A stretch of 64,000 bases of DNA. Source: Entomortierella parvispora E1425 (Eukaryota; Fungi; Mortierellomycota). Positions 38,254 through 50,654 of the stretch are shown in pieces. Positions within the stretch are counted from its first letter, which is position 1, and the number at the start of each line of letters is the position of its first letter. The DNA lies in NCBI GenBank assembly GCA_020891255.1, contig BQFW01000009.1, positions 124,001 to 188,000 of the forward strand. Reading direction: 5' to 3'. The notes under the pieces are model-generated. The model made no database searches. It saw nothing but the letters and a program-made list of their open reading frames with translations, and was not told the origin of the DNA. A program made the position numbers and the translations under genes.

Positions 38254-41102
38254 ATGGTGTTTATCGAGGAGATAAGCGAAAATAGTAGCGAGGAGTACAT
38301 CTTGGATATGTCGGATAGTCTCCCAGCTGACAACGAAGACAAAGGTACTTTTTGGCCAATGAACCGCTATCACAGAGATCCATTTCCATACAATACTAAA
38401 TGCAGCCATACAAACTCTAGGCAAAGCACATGTTGACCCTAATCAACAGCAAAAGAAAGCAAACGACACAACCGTTCCAGAAGGCCACGGAAAAGTTAAT
38501 GGTCGATCTTCTTTTTCTGGAAATCGCAAGTATGTGGCAGAACTGATGGAGACAGATACACATCTGTCTATCGGACTCTGGTTGAGGCCAGATTTAGACG
38601 CAGGTGGACTGGAAGCGGTCTTTAAGTGCAGTGAATTCATAGAAAAGCCGGTCCTGGCTCCGAACATCATCGCAATGAACGCGTATGACATATCTTTGTC
38701 CTACGACGCCTCATGGTTGATATTGGTTGATGGTACTACCGACTATCTTCAACGACCCGAGTCCGGTGAGCATCCAAAAGGATTGTTCAGGGTCTATGAG
38801 ATCGTCAAGAGCCATCCCCTGCCTCCCGTGTCGCAAGACCAATGCTCCTTCTCCTTTAGACGCTCAGCCGAAGTCGAGAAACTTCCTGGTCTCCACAATT
38901 ACTACGGTCTCGGGGAATTCCACATCGCGGATGACAGTGACGACGACAATTTCAAGAAGGAGATGTTTGTTACGTGTAATGGCGCTTCTGTCCAAGTATA
39001 TAGCCTCTATGGAGGATGGAAATATCTGCACACAATTTCTCTCGACCATCCCGAACATGCAGTCACCAGGTTTATCCTCGCTGCCAAAATGATAACCAGT
39101 CTTCAAGGTCGACTTTTTGCCTGGGTAGTTCACGGGACGGATATGATCGCGGTGTACAACATGGAGCAAGGGTCTATGGTATCTTTCATCACTCGCACGT
39201 GCCTTGACCGCAGCCAGGCAGCACTCAAAACTGCATTGAATATCTCAGACAATGGTGTCCTCCTGGCTGTCAATCGTGAAGGCACACTTACAACACATTT
39301 CACCAAAGATGGAACACTGCATGAAGTTCTTCATCTTCCACCTGAGTTTTCCAGCTTAGGCCGTATTACTTTCATTCGAGGCAATACACAGCTCATAGTC
39401 AGAGTTGTGCAAGTAGGGACACCCAACCTGGAAAAGACGGGTCTTGTCATCAATGTGGAAGATCTGTCTATCGCTGGCACTTTCATCACCCCAGAAACAG
39501 GACACCTACAGCCGCTCCGTGCCAATGATCTGGCCATCACTCCGTATCATCCTGTTATAGTGGATTGCAATGATTTATGTCAGTCAGACATGTCACCTCT
39601 TGGTCAACACCCAACGGAGATTACGATCTCTGATCTTCGTTTCCAAGTGGAGCTTCAATCCACCGTTGTTGTCCTCCGTTGGGAGTCGCAGGACCTTCGA
39701 TCCGTCGTAGTGAGAATTACGAGTCTTGACGGGCTGTCCAGTAAGATATTCACTATTCCTCCAACTTGCGACAACGAAGACTGGTGGCTGTATGAGACTG
39801 CAGTCTTCCTTGAAGATCGTGGACAACTGATTGTGGAGGGACAGGGCATGGTCTTGATCTGGAGGCTTCCGACTACGTTTGAGGGCGATTTTGCTCTCGT
39901 TCTATCCTGGATGATCGGGCCAAGGAATGCTGAATGGGCAACATGTTACCATAGCCAACTTCATTACCGCCAAACACACGCTCTTGTGTGCCCCGTCACC
40001 AACAACTGCAACTGTGACCACCACACGACATGGATACCTGTTAAGCTTAAACTGGACGAGTTGACGTCTCAAGACAGAGACGAAGTGGTGTCTTTCCTGA
40101 AAGGGATTGATGTTGTAATCTACACGTCTCTGCAGGCCACTGAGGCATTCAAGAGATCAATTTTTCAATATGTTGGTCAACATTTGAGCATGAAGATTTT
40201 GGAGGAAAACGTTCTTGCCATGGTCATCAGCAGATGGACATCAGACCACTATGCTAGCTTGGAGGAGTTCATGGTTGCTTTCTTGGATAGCCCTTTTGGG
40301 GTGATGCACCCAACAATTGAATCAGTCAGTTACGTACGGTTAGTTCTTTTGAGCGGACGGCAGGAGCCACGGTCTCTTGGTATCGCCAGGATCCTTATAG
40401 ACAGGTGTATCAATCAGGCCCGTGATGCCAAGGATGTCGAATACCTCGTCCAAATCATGAGAGGTCTCACCGAGCTGCTCAATCCAAAACATTTCCACTC
40501 GGTCTTGGCACTGCAAACGTTGCGCCGACTTGCCTACTTCCCAGTCAGTAGTCGTAAGTTCATATTCAACCACCATACTATCGCCCATCCTCCTACATTC
40601 CCACTCTGGCCATGGAGAAGACACACGCGCCCTCTACATCTGTGTAAAGACCCAATCCTTCAACTGTCGGGAAAACGGATTTATGATGCACAGAACGACA
40701 ACTTCACTCGCGAGCTCTTTGTTGTCCCGTTTGATATGCTCTGGAAAGTTCGTCGCGATGCCAAAGACCTGCAGAAAACAAGAATATTGGCGGCTGCAGG
40801 TCCTTTACGCTGGGCGCAGCAGTTTTTACGCGCAGTCGTATACAAACTCACACCAGAGCGCAAAACTCCTGTGAGATGCTACGACTTTACCCTCGACATG
40901 CTTGACAACCCAGCTCTTGCGGCCTTGGTTGAGTACAAGTGGAACACTATAGGCTTCAAGTATTGGCTGGTGCGATTCCTCTGCCAGTGTTGCTTTTATC
41001 TTATGGTGGTCATCACCGTCCTCATGCAAGCCTACGATAATGAGGGTAAATCTTCCGAGGGTATCTATATTGCGATCATATCTTATTCGGCTATTTTTTT
41101 TT
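38254..41102 (+). pseudogene. 5' part of a TRP-like ion-channel gene (long cytosolic N-terminus), interrupted by the MULE
   Basis: Exon 1 38254-38344, then a long exon ending 'NPALAALVEYKWNTIGFKYWLVRFLCQCCFYLMVV..YIAIISYSAIFF', where the frame meets a TGA formed at the element junction. Confidence 0.85.
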
Positions 41103-41319
41103 GAGTGAACGAATTCCCACCTCCCCCCGTCAAACATCACTGTGACGGGACGTCAAAATTTATTCTGAGCCCACTTTTGACGGCCCTCTTCCCCCGTCTG
41201 AGTTGTCAACTGCGCTACTCTGACCCTCTCGCATCCCGTCAGAATGCTTCTCAGCACCTATTCCAACATGCCGTCAACGATTAAATTATCCCTTCATCTT
41301 ACCACCGGTGAAAAAAATC
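41103..41319 (+). repeat. Left terminal inverted repeat of the MULE (217 bp)
   Basis: GAGTGAACGAATTCCCACCTCCCCCCGTCAAAC...CACCGGTGAAAAAAATC. Confidence 0.97.
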
Positions 41320-41326
41320 ATCCTTT

Positions 41327-42802
41327 TTATTCGACATTTTTTTCCAAGATAAAAATTGGTGGCAACTCTTCATCATGTTGCCGTTTTTTGGTCATTTGAT
41401 AGTTTTGCTGTTCTTTCAGTTCTGATCTGAGATGTCTCAACGCCCATCGATGAACATAACAATGATACACGTCATACAGCATGAGACAGAGAGATTCGAC
41501 GGAATGAGCAATAGCCAAGTGTAATACTACTTGAATATGGGCAGGGCAACATTCGAGGGCAGACTGGCCAGAGGCATTGAGGTAACGAAAAAGATCATAG
41601 GGGCGGCCATGGTCGACTAGGCTATAGGCGAACATGGCTTGGCGTGGAGGGATATTTGTTAGGAGTTGAGGCCTTGGTCCAATTGGCTCTAGGGATGGCC
41701 CTAAGCAGAGATACATGGGGAAATCGCTTACCGTATGTCAGCCTGCGTTCGTGACAGCACGCGTCTTGTATATCCTGATCTAGAGCCTGACCCGATATCT
41801 CACTTTATCACTTTACCTCCAGCCTGTAATTCACAACAAGGCATATATTTCCTTCTTTTGTCCAGAGTACATCATACAATGAAAAAGATAAGTCACTAGT
41901 AATATCTTTCAGGCGTCTTATAGTCCAGGATATCTTTTTTTTTTTTTTTTGTAAGGATGACAAAGCCTCATACACAGAACTCATTGCTAATGTAGGAATG
42001 GTTGACGACAGGCGGCGTCTCCATGAAGGAAAAAAAAAAAAAAAAAAAGAAGAGGCGACGCGTATTGACGCGTGATGCGTGAATTACAAATCTAGGCGAC
42101 ATATGAATTAAGACAGATCATTGAAGCTGGTTCTACAATAAGAAGATATAATGCTTGCGGCTACTGCACGAGCTATCAATTAATACCTTCAGCAAATAGA
42201 AGTATATATATCATCATAGGATAAAGATGGAAACAAGATGTAGATTTTTTCTTTTTTTTTAAAAAAAAAGGCAAAACCCAAGACGAGTCCCCCAAGTACT
42301 CTGCGCGCGAGGGGCTGAAAGCCCCAACTGAGCCTCCGGAGGCCCACCAAAATCACCAGGGAGCTGACTGTTACCCTTATTCATTTTGTGGTGTCCTTTG
42401 GGAAGTTTGTGTGTTTGTGTGAGAGTGAAAGAGCGAATATCAGGTGAGAAACAAAAAAAAAAAAAAAAAATCGACCGTCGATTTACCTTGCTGCTCTTCC
42501 TCCACCCTGTTTATCTTTCTTCGCTGCCGATCCACTCTTTCCTCGATTCCGGATCTACTGGCACCACAAACCGGGGCGTATACGACGGGTATAACCCCTT
42601 CACGGGTTAGGACTATCTTTTCTGCCAGTCTTTGGCAACGGTCAACTATATGTCGCTCTTGCAGTCTGATCGAGAATAGGAACATCAATATTGCATACGG
42701 GTGACTTTTGACCGAGTAAGACAAAAAAACAACAACTACCCTTCGTGTCTTCCCTGGCAGAGTGGCAGAGTGGCAGAATGCTGTGCCCGGGGTATATGCC
42801 AC
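41327..42802 (-). CDS. Possible spliced hypothetical gene in the left arm of the MULE, reading toward the left TIR
   Basis: Exon-like open segments flanked by GT/AG: 'RLQERHIVDRCQRLAEKIVLTREGVIPVVYAP..EEEQQ', 'MSSVYEALSSLQKKKKKISWTIRRLKDITSDL..', and the 129-aa ORF at 41327-41716. A complete gene model was not resolved. Confidence 0.3.
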
Positions 42803-43051
42803 GAGTAGACACGCTAGGTGTAGATTTTTTTTCTTTTTTTAAAAAAAAAGGCAAAACCCAAGATCGAACCCGGGTGATAACATACTATAACCCGCAATTA
42901 TACCGCACTAAAAAAACCCAAATAAAACATGTGAGGAAAGTAAAAAATATAATTTAAGTACACTTTACGTATACGTATAGATCACGTTATTCACGTGACA
43001 ATTACCGCACATAGTCCTGTTTGATACGCATTTGCACCTCACCATAGCACC

Positions 43052-44418
43052 ATGTCCAACATCAACGCAAACAAGGACATCACCGAACGTCTCGAGCATT
43101 TCCGACATATTTTCAGGGACCCAGAAGACGTCGAAAAACTTATCAGAACCACAAATTGCCCCAGCGATCACCTGTGTGAAGGTAAATGATAGTGTGTTCA
43201 TTCCATTAAAATCATGACCTGTTTCATTAACCTCACCTCGATTTTACTTTGATGTACACAGCTGCACATGCAGTCAAGCATTCTGTCAATGGCAATCACT
43301 ACTCAGGTCTTATCCAATCGAGCTGCCCCTCAAATCAGCGGCGAATCTTTTTGACGGTCCAGTTTCTGGTGAGACAGCTATCAGGGACTACACAGGGTGA
43401 TCAGAAGGAGACTCTCCAAGGAAGTGGTGAGCTGTATGCTAGGCTTGCATCGGAGCTCGAGGTTGCGGAACCAAGCTTAAGAGGAGTGACGGCCCTAGCT
43501 TTATCGACCACCGTGGAAAGAATCTCCCAGGATGTTCTCGAGCTTGACTCCTTGGCAGCTTTGGCACCATTCGATTCTATGTTTCAAACTTGTCATTTGA
43601 AGTACTGCAGGATACTCCGTGATATTGAGGCCACTATCCTTAGTGTCAGGCGGGATAAACGTGAGCTCACAGACCAGGAAAAGCAACAATCCCATGCTGC
43701 AGAGGTTACAACGATCGTCCACCCTCCACTAAAGAGAAGAAGAGCAGTATGCATTGAGGACGATACGGCGGTGGGAAATGTTAGGCATGGCTTGGAGCCG
43801 GAGGAATACGTGGCTCAACGACCTGATCAAGATAATATCGACAGCCAAGATCATCCGAAAACAGTGGTCTCCTCGGCATCATCATCGGTACGAAACCGAC
43901 AGCCCACGCCAATATCAGTACTTATATCTGCGGCGCGACCACCTTCAATTCCAGCAGTCGCTTCTTCATCGACAGGAGCAAAAATGGGGACGGTGCCAGG
44001 CACTGAACGTGATATTCCCTCCAGTGTTTCATCTGAATCGGGCAATAGCTCGAAACAACAGCATCGGGGTGCCAATGGATCGAGGTCTCGAACAATAACT
44101 CTAGAGAAGAGATTGGACGATCTTCTCACTAAACAGCAAGGACAGCAAATGCTACAGGCGCTGCATGTAGTACAGCACGGGCAGCAAATGTCGCAACATA
44201 GCCAGCAAGAGATTTCACGAAAGGTCGATGCCATCCTTCTAAACTTACAACTCTTATCACAGGCGATAATGCAAAGGCTCAACGATGGCCAAGGCCCACA
44301 CGAGTCTATATGTTGTGCCGAACATGCTACGTCCTCACGGCCACCTATATTTCCCTTACCAACAGTTACTCCGAGGACACCGCAACCTCAAGATCATTCG
44401 TTGAGCAGACCAGAGTAG
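43052..44418 (+). CDS. Hypothetical protein carried by the MULE (~430 aa, 2 exons)
   Basis: ATG at 43052 gives MSNINANKDITERLEHFRHIFRDPEDVEKLIRT. Intron 43182-43261 (GTAAAT..ACACAG) splices in phase to the 389-aa ORF. No recognisable domain. Confidence 0.7.
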
Positions 44419-44949
44419 ACCTCTCTCTCCTTTGTCCAAGAGAAATTTCTTTATGTGTACATGTACTTGAGTTAGTGCGGAGCATTGAAGAGTCCAGAGT
44501 AAATATGTACTGTACATAGTTTTTTTGTCACGCAGCCATATTTGGTCTTGCCGGCGACCCATGTGAGTGATTTTTTTTTTTTTTTTTTTTTTTGACAGAG
44601 CACCAATAAAACTGGGCAGATTGCTCCAACGTCCTTCAAGTTGAAAGTCGGAGTTGTTCTTTCATCCTCGGAATTCTAACCGTGGACATCAAAGCTTGGG
44701 AACATGGCGAAAACACAGGGTCGTGAAAGAAAAATAAGCGCAAACTCTAATGACACACCATGCAACCATGCATGCGTGAAAATTTTTTTCGGACCTTCAT
44801 AACGCGTTCCGACACTGGGCGTGAAGGTGAAGTGGTGGCTGCTAGATGCATCCACTATGGACTTGGAAGACTTCTAAATCCCTTTTATATGTTGGGCTAC
44901 ATCCTCTTTCTCACCGCACCTTCTGCTCTTCCCTTCATTTTCTGCCAAT

Positions 44950-46132
44950 ATGCTGGACATTCCCCGCAATTCCACTTCATCTGCCAACCTTGTCCCTATA
45001 GACATAGAGACCTTCCAACCCGCAGACTGCCCCATCGAATTGGGGCGCGTCTGGGTCCAAGACAAGACTTGCCAGGAGCTACTTGACTGGGCGAGGGTCA
45101 ACGGTATTCCATCAGTCAGTTTGGACGCCTTTTCCGTCGTTTCTCGGCCGCAAGGGGGAGGTCTATAATCAGTACGATCTCAGCTCTCTTCGCACTATCC
45201 CCGGGAACGGTGACCTGACCGATGCAAGAGAGGAGCTGAGAAAGCCCTCCAAAAGCCACTGTCGTCTTGTCATCGACGGCAAAACTCTGACACCTGAAGC
45301 GGTCAGATATTTGCCTCAGGTGATAGATACCGTAAAACGTATTGCCGATATCCGGAGAATGCTTACATGGCTCCAAGATACGGTTTTCCATTTCGATCCC
45401 GAGCTTGCAACATCATTTGCGGATCTCCTACGCAGAAGCACTCTTGATACTCAGTTTGATCATTTGGGGCAACGCTTAAAGGTCAGGGATATTCTCGAAT
45501 TCGCTGAGGAGTCGTGGCTGTCAGAGACTTGCGTGGATGCAATCATCTCATATTTCAAGCATGAGTATGGAGGATGTGACATCCTCTTCATTCCCGCCCG
45601 TTTTCTCTGGCACCTTGAGCAATATGGGAGGTGCGAGATGGCCTTTGCTGACTGGGGTGGTGACATCACCTGGAAAAAGGAGGATCTTGCGCAAAGACTC
45701 TACAGAAGGGCCTACGGGATAGCCGGTATGGACGCGTGCCATTGGGGGGCTGTACGTATTGATCTCCAAGAGCCTGCCATTAAGTTTGGCGATTCCATGA
45801 TGCAAGAGATTCCTACGCCGGCTATTGACGGGATCGTCCAGTGGCTCATTTGCAACATACCAGAGGAGACACAACAGTGGATGGATGCCGAAAGAAATGT
45901 CACGAGACTACCTGTTATTCGCCAAACTGACTTCGGTTCTTGTGGCATCCACGCTGCAGCCGCTATCGAGCAGGATCTGATGCGCGTCCGCAACTGTCCT
46001 GACGCAACCGCCTTTTACGACAATGATCACGGCAGCTGGGAGGGACAGATGGCTCATTACCATCGAGCGCGATACTTGAAGATCATTACGTCGCAATTGA
46101 AGGTAATAACAGTTACTTCTTCAGAGAGATGA
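44950..46132 (+). CDS. Ulp1-like (peptidase C48, SUMO/NEDD8-type) cysteine protease carried by the MULE; apparent +1 frameshift at 45154-45158
   Basis: 'WLSETCVDAIISYF', 'CHWGAVRIDLQEPAIKFGDSM', 'RQTDFGSCGIHA' give His, Asp, Gln and Cys in C48 order. Confidence 0.85.
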
Positions 46133-46607
46133 CCGTTCGACCATGCAAATTCTCCGCAAATGAAAAAAGGGACTTACATTCATATCGACTCTGCTTTTAA
46201 ATACCCATTAGGATGCACTGGATAGCACCCCGATCATGACAGCTTTGTCTCCAGCTCCTCCCGTTAGCATGCCAGCTCGTACGTAAAATAATGATGCCAA
46301 CCTCATTGTATGAAGACCCGCAGTTCATTTACCGTTTCGCTCCAATTCGATTGATAGAGTCCGGCAACACCTCCAACATCATCGATTTTGGACCGTACTC
46401 CGATCTTAGTGATTATGACGAATTGCCGGAAAGGTAATGGATTGTTGGCGATCGATCTTTTGTACCTAGATGCTTGACCTAAAATCGCTCTGAAGAAAGT
46501 AAAATAACCGAGGAAAAAATCTGTGGCCCTGGCCTCTTTCTTCGATCCATAGTGATCCTCTGACTAATGTCTCCGCAGACGAGTACCTCGTTGATATCAC
46601 GACGCAG

Positions 46608-49590
46608 ATGCCAAGCCAAGGCCAGACATACAGCTCTACTGCAAGCTTCGCTGGAAACGCCCTCAATACTGCCTTGGATGGGGTCCATCGCTCGGACGAC
46701 ATCAATGGCGGAGCCGAGCCTGCGCTTGGTGAAAGTGACAGCAGTGACAAGGTCATTGATGACTCTGAGGGAGTAGACCAGCCACTCACATTCCAGCAGT
46801 ATGCATTGGAAATGTTTGGCAGAAAGATCGAGGAGCTCGATGGAGAGCCATGGATGCCGAGTATCGATTTTAAGTTCATGGATCTGTCGGCCGCCAAGGA
46901 GAATATCAAAGAATGGGCTATCCAGTTCGGGTTCAAAACAAGGACAAGAAGATCATCCAAGACCGCTGGTATGTATTCATATCCCATGTTGTAATCAAAC
47001 TGGCCATTTCATTTTTTTTTCTTTTTCTAATTACTCCAAACATCAATTCTGTAGTTAAAATTGTCTGCAGCCACGAGGGGACACACAAAGCGAAGAAAGT
47101 TGATGATCCTGCCAAACACCGTGCTAGGATGGCCTCTCCACGTTGCGGTTGCGGCTTCTTCATCAACCTCACTTCACCCCGTCAGATGGGAGGTAGCTGG
47201 CGGATTAGTTCCTTCAAACTTCGTCATAACAACCATGAAATGGACGCAACAATGACGAAGTACACGGTTCTTGACAAGACTATGAAGGCTACCATCAAGA
47301 AAGGTTTCGATCTGGACATGGGCGAAAGAATGACCATCAAGCTCCTCGAGTATGAATTCCCAGGGAATAAGTTCGACAAAAAGAAAAATCCGGAGCTATC
47401 TCAGGATGTGCGAAGCCAAGTTAGACGCGACGGTCACCTCGAGCCAAAGTGAGCGTCTCCTGACACTCCTGAACCAGCAGTCGTTTTCGGCCACTTCCGA
47501 GGAATGGTATTATCAGGCAGACTACGACGGCTTTACTCTTAGAAGAGTCTTCTGGATGAATCCTACTCAGCGCGCGCTATACAGCCGATATTACGACGTT
47601 GTTGTATTGGACGCCACTCTACAGACGAACAAACTTGGGATGCCACTAGTACTTATCATCGTCATTGACTGTGAATTCCGATCACGGCTTGTTGCCTGCG
47701 CTCTAACCCGCAGCGAAGCTGAGGAAGACTACAGGTGGATCCTTGAGCAATTGCGATGCGCCAGCGGAGGAGTCGATCCTGGCGTTGTGTTTGTTGATAT
47801 GGATCCCTCACTTGATGCTGCCATTTCACAAGTTTGGGAGCACACTCGCGTTATCAACTGCTTATGGCACCTGCGAAACAACGTTCGTGTGCGTCTTCAA
47901 CGTGTTTTTGGTATTCGGAGGTTTGACCAGTTCAGTGTGCTCTTCGAACAAGCACTTGGAGCCCTTACACCAGGGGGAATTTGAGAGAGTATGGCGCGAT
48001 ATACTCTCCAATTTTGGTGGTGATGGAGATGGTATAGTTGTTCCTGGAAAGGCCCCTATTGACGACAACCCCCTTTATGGAGGAACAGCAGGAAGGTACC
48101 TCAAGCGGCTACACAGCAGGCGAGCACACTGGGCAGGACCTTGGATTCGAGCGCCATTTACAGCAGGAGTGCGATCCACGCAGCGTGCCGAAACCACCCA
48201 CAGTGTCATCAAGCGATACGAAGTTACCAGCAGCACAACGCTTCCCGAACTCTTTGAAACTATTATGTCAAAGGTCGACAATGAAGTGTCACGGCCCAGA
48301 CCAGAGGATATTCGTATTCTGACCGAGACCGAAAATGGAGGCATTGAGAGGACATTCCGTGGTGTTCTTTCGATCAACCGTGATCGCCTAAGCACGTATG
48401 CACAAGCCAGGCTTAAGATAGAGATGGCTGACTCCTTGACCCATATACATCGAGATGAGGATATCGATCGATTTCTCAGAGCACAAGTACCACATGCGGG
48501 GAGAAGTACAGTAAGTTAAGCTCCGCAAAGGAAATGAAGGCCAAAGCTGGAGTTCTACGTTCTAATTGCTCATCTATGTAGGTCACGGTTGATCAGAGGA
48601 CTGCTGGTTCTGTTAGCGAGCTCATTGCGCGTGTCGATGTGGACAGCATTGAAAGCGTTTTTTCAGTCTTCGATAACAGTGCAAGAACGGAGATAAGGGA
48701 CTACGTGATTCTTTTTCAAGACGGATCGTATTTTTGCACTTGCGTCCTCCTGCAGGGCGAAGGATTTGTGTGCCGGCACGTTTTCCGCCCTCATGCAAGT
48801 CGATGGTCGTTTCAAGTACAAAGTCGGTCTTATCTCTGCGAGGTGGTGTAGGCCTGATTTCGAAAGGGATGCTGCCACTGCTGTGGAGAGTGAATCTACT
48901 TCCATTTCAGCCGATTCAGTCTTGGCTCGGGCAACGGCTCGACCAAGTGCATCTGTCACGAAGCCAAATGATGAATCTATCCAAGCCTCCCAAAGATTTT
49001 ATTGCCCCGAGCCAGTCGTCTCTGCCAGCAAGGCTACGAAATCAAAAAAAATCCGGTATTCGAAGGTCATGCAAGCAGCCAAGGGTCTTGTGAGCGATAT
49101 TCTAATGCCTGGCGTGTCAGACACAGATTTCAAGCAAGTCATCGAGAACATCAGAGCTGCATCGTCATTTGTTCCACAAGTCACAAATGGGGCTTTACAG
49201 CATCCCCAACAACAACAGCATGGGGATGGGCATACTGAAAAGAAAGAGGGCGATGCTCAAGACATATTCAAAGGTATCGACCCAGGGATGGTTATCGACG
49301 GTGACAAAGTTGCTACAAAAGGTAGACCGAGAAAACGCAGACTCAAGGCCAGCTACGAGTCCCCATCTCGTCGCCTTCGTTTATCGCGATCGAACAAGAC
49401 AGAATTGCCGGGTGTTATCAAGAAAGGGAGAGGAAGGCCCCCTCGGAAAGATGCTGCGGTCCCACCTCGGAAAGGTGCTACAATCCCTCCCCCGAAGGAT
49501 GTTCAAGCCCCCCCCCGGAAAGTTGCTGCAAATCAAAAGGCTCCGGTGATTCCAAGGCGATCTACACGGCTGACAAAAACTATGCCTTAG
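46608..49590 (+). CDS. MULE transposase (FAR1-type N-terminal domain, MULE DDE core, SWIM finger, AT-hooks); 2 introns and 3 apparent +1 frameshifts; true start uncertain
   Basis: 'WAIQFGFKTR..IVCSHEG..RCGCGFFI..WRISSFKLRHNNH'; 'VVVLDATLQTNKLGMPL', 'VFVDMD', 'CLWH', 'STQRAETTHS'; 'FCTCVLLQGEGFVCRH'; 'GRPRK', 'GRGRPPRK'. Introns 46969-47054 and 48511-48580. Confidence 0.93.
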
Positions 49591-50654
49591 TTCACGTTTG
49601 GGTGCTCTCTATAGCCAGAGCACAGAGAGAGAGAGAGAGAAAGAGGGAGAAAGAAGGAGAAAGAAGGAGAGAAATTGCTCGTGTCCAAGGAGGGTTGAGA
49701 TAATAAAACGAATGGTCCTTCGCGCAAGATTCAATTGCATCAAAAAAAAATATCCCGAGGAGTCCAAAAATTTACATCGACCAACGGTGCGATCTGCCTC
49801 TCGCCGTTCACCATAGTCTTATTGACAAGCAGTGTCTCATTTTCACTGGGAGTCATCCTATCATCCCCATGGCAGACGCAAAGAAAGTACCGCTCAAGAA
49901 CAAGGGTAAAAAGAAAATGAAGGAAGGCACTGACGATGCTGGAGGAAAGCCTTTGCAGCTCAGGACTGCCCGTAAAACAGTCTTGGTTGACTACAAGGAG
50001 ATCCCTGGCACATCGAGATCATCGGCCTCTGCCTGGAGTTCTGCTTTGAATCTCTTCATCCAATCAATTTCGTAGTCACGTCGTGCCATCGCTGTTCTTG
50101 GAAATGGTGGAAGGGGGTGCTGGGGGAAAAGAAAGGTGGATAACATGGACGCGCGTTTGTCCAGGTGTGTGCGTATTACAAAAACAGACAATCAGAAAAA
50201 AAATCCCGCTGGCCTTCGCCCGAGCGTTGCAAAGTGGGGCAGACAGGCCGCACCTGCATAGTAATTGTCGCACATGGGGTGGTCAACCATGAAGGGGTGG
50301 ACCAAGAATGCTCTAGTACATGTAGTTTGTTGCCATAAAACGTTTCATTCCTCTAGTGTGCCTAGACTGTTGTTGAGCAGAAAGCCCACTGAGGGTGAAT
50401 TACTTTTTCAAGGTCACGACTGCTTTGAAATAATCATGGTTGAGGATACCGTTCGGTGAGTAGTTTCAGTCTGTCAGGCCCAAGAACAATCTTTAATGGT
50501 CTTTCAGAAACGCAACTTGTCATCTCCATTTGGCCTGTTTGGCATATCGCCAAGCGTTGGTGAGAGAACAGCAATGACAGAGGGAGGTCATCAGACCTCA
50601 CTATTTTTATTCTAGAGTAAGTTTACTTCGATAAAAGTATTCAAGAAAATGATG

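Noticed and set aside
47371-47390. Programmed -1 ribosomal frameshift at the A-rich site in the transposase
   Set aside because: The required shift is +1, and there is no proper X XXY YYZ heptamer in frame.
49869-50191. Short ORFs on both strands in the MULE right arm
   Set aside because: Under 70 aa, mutually overlapping, no motif; a degraded gene cannot be excluded but is not supportable.
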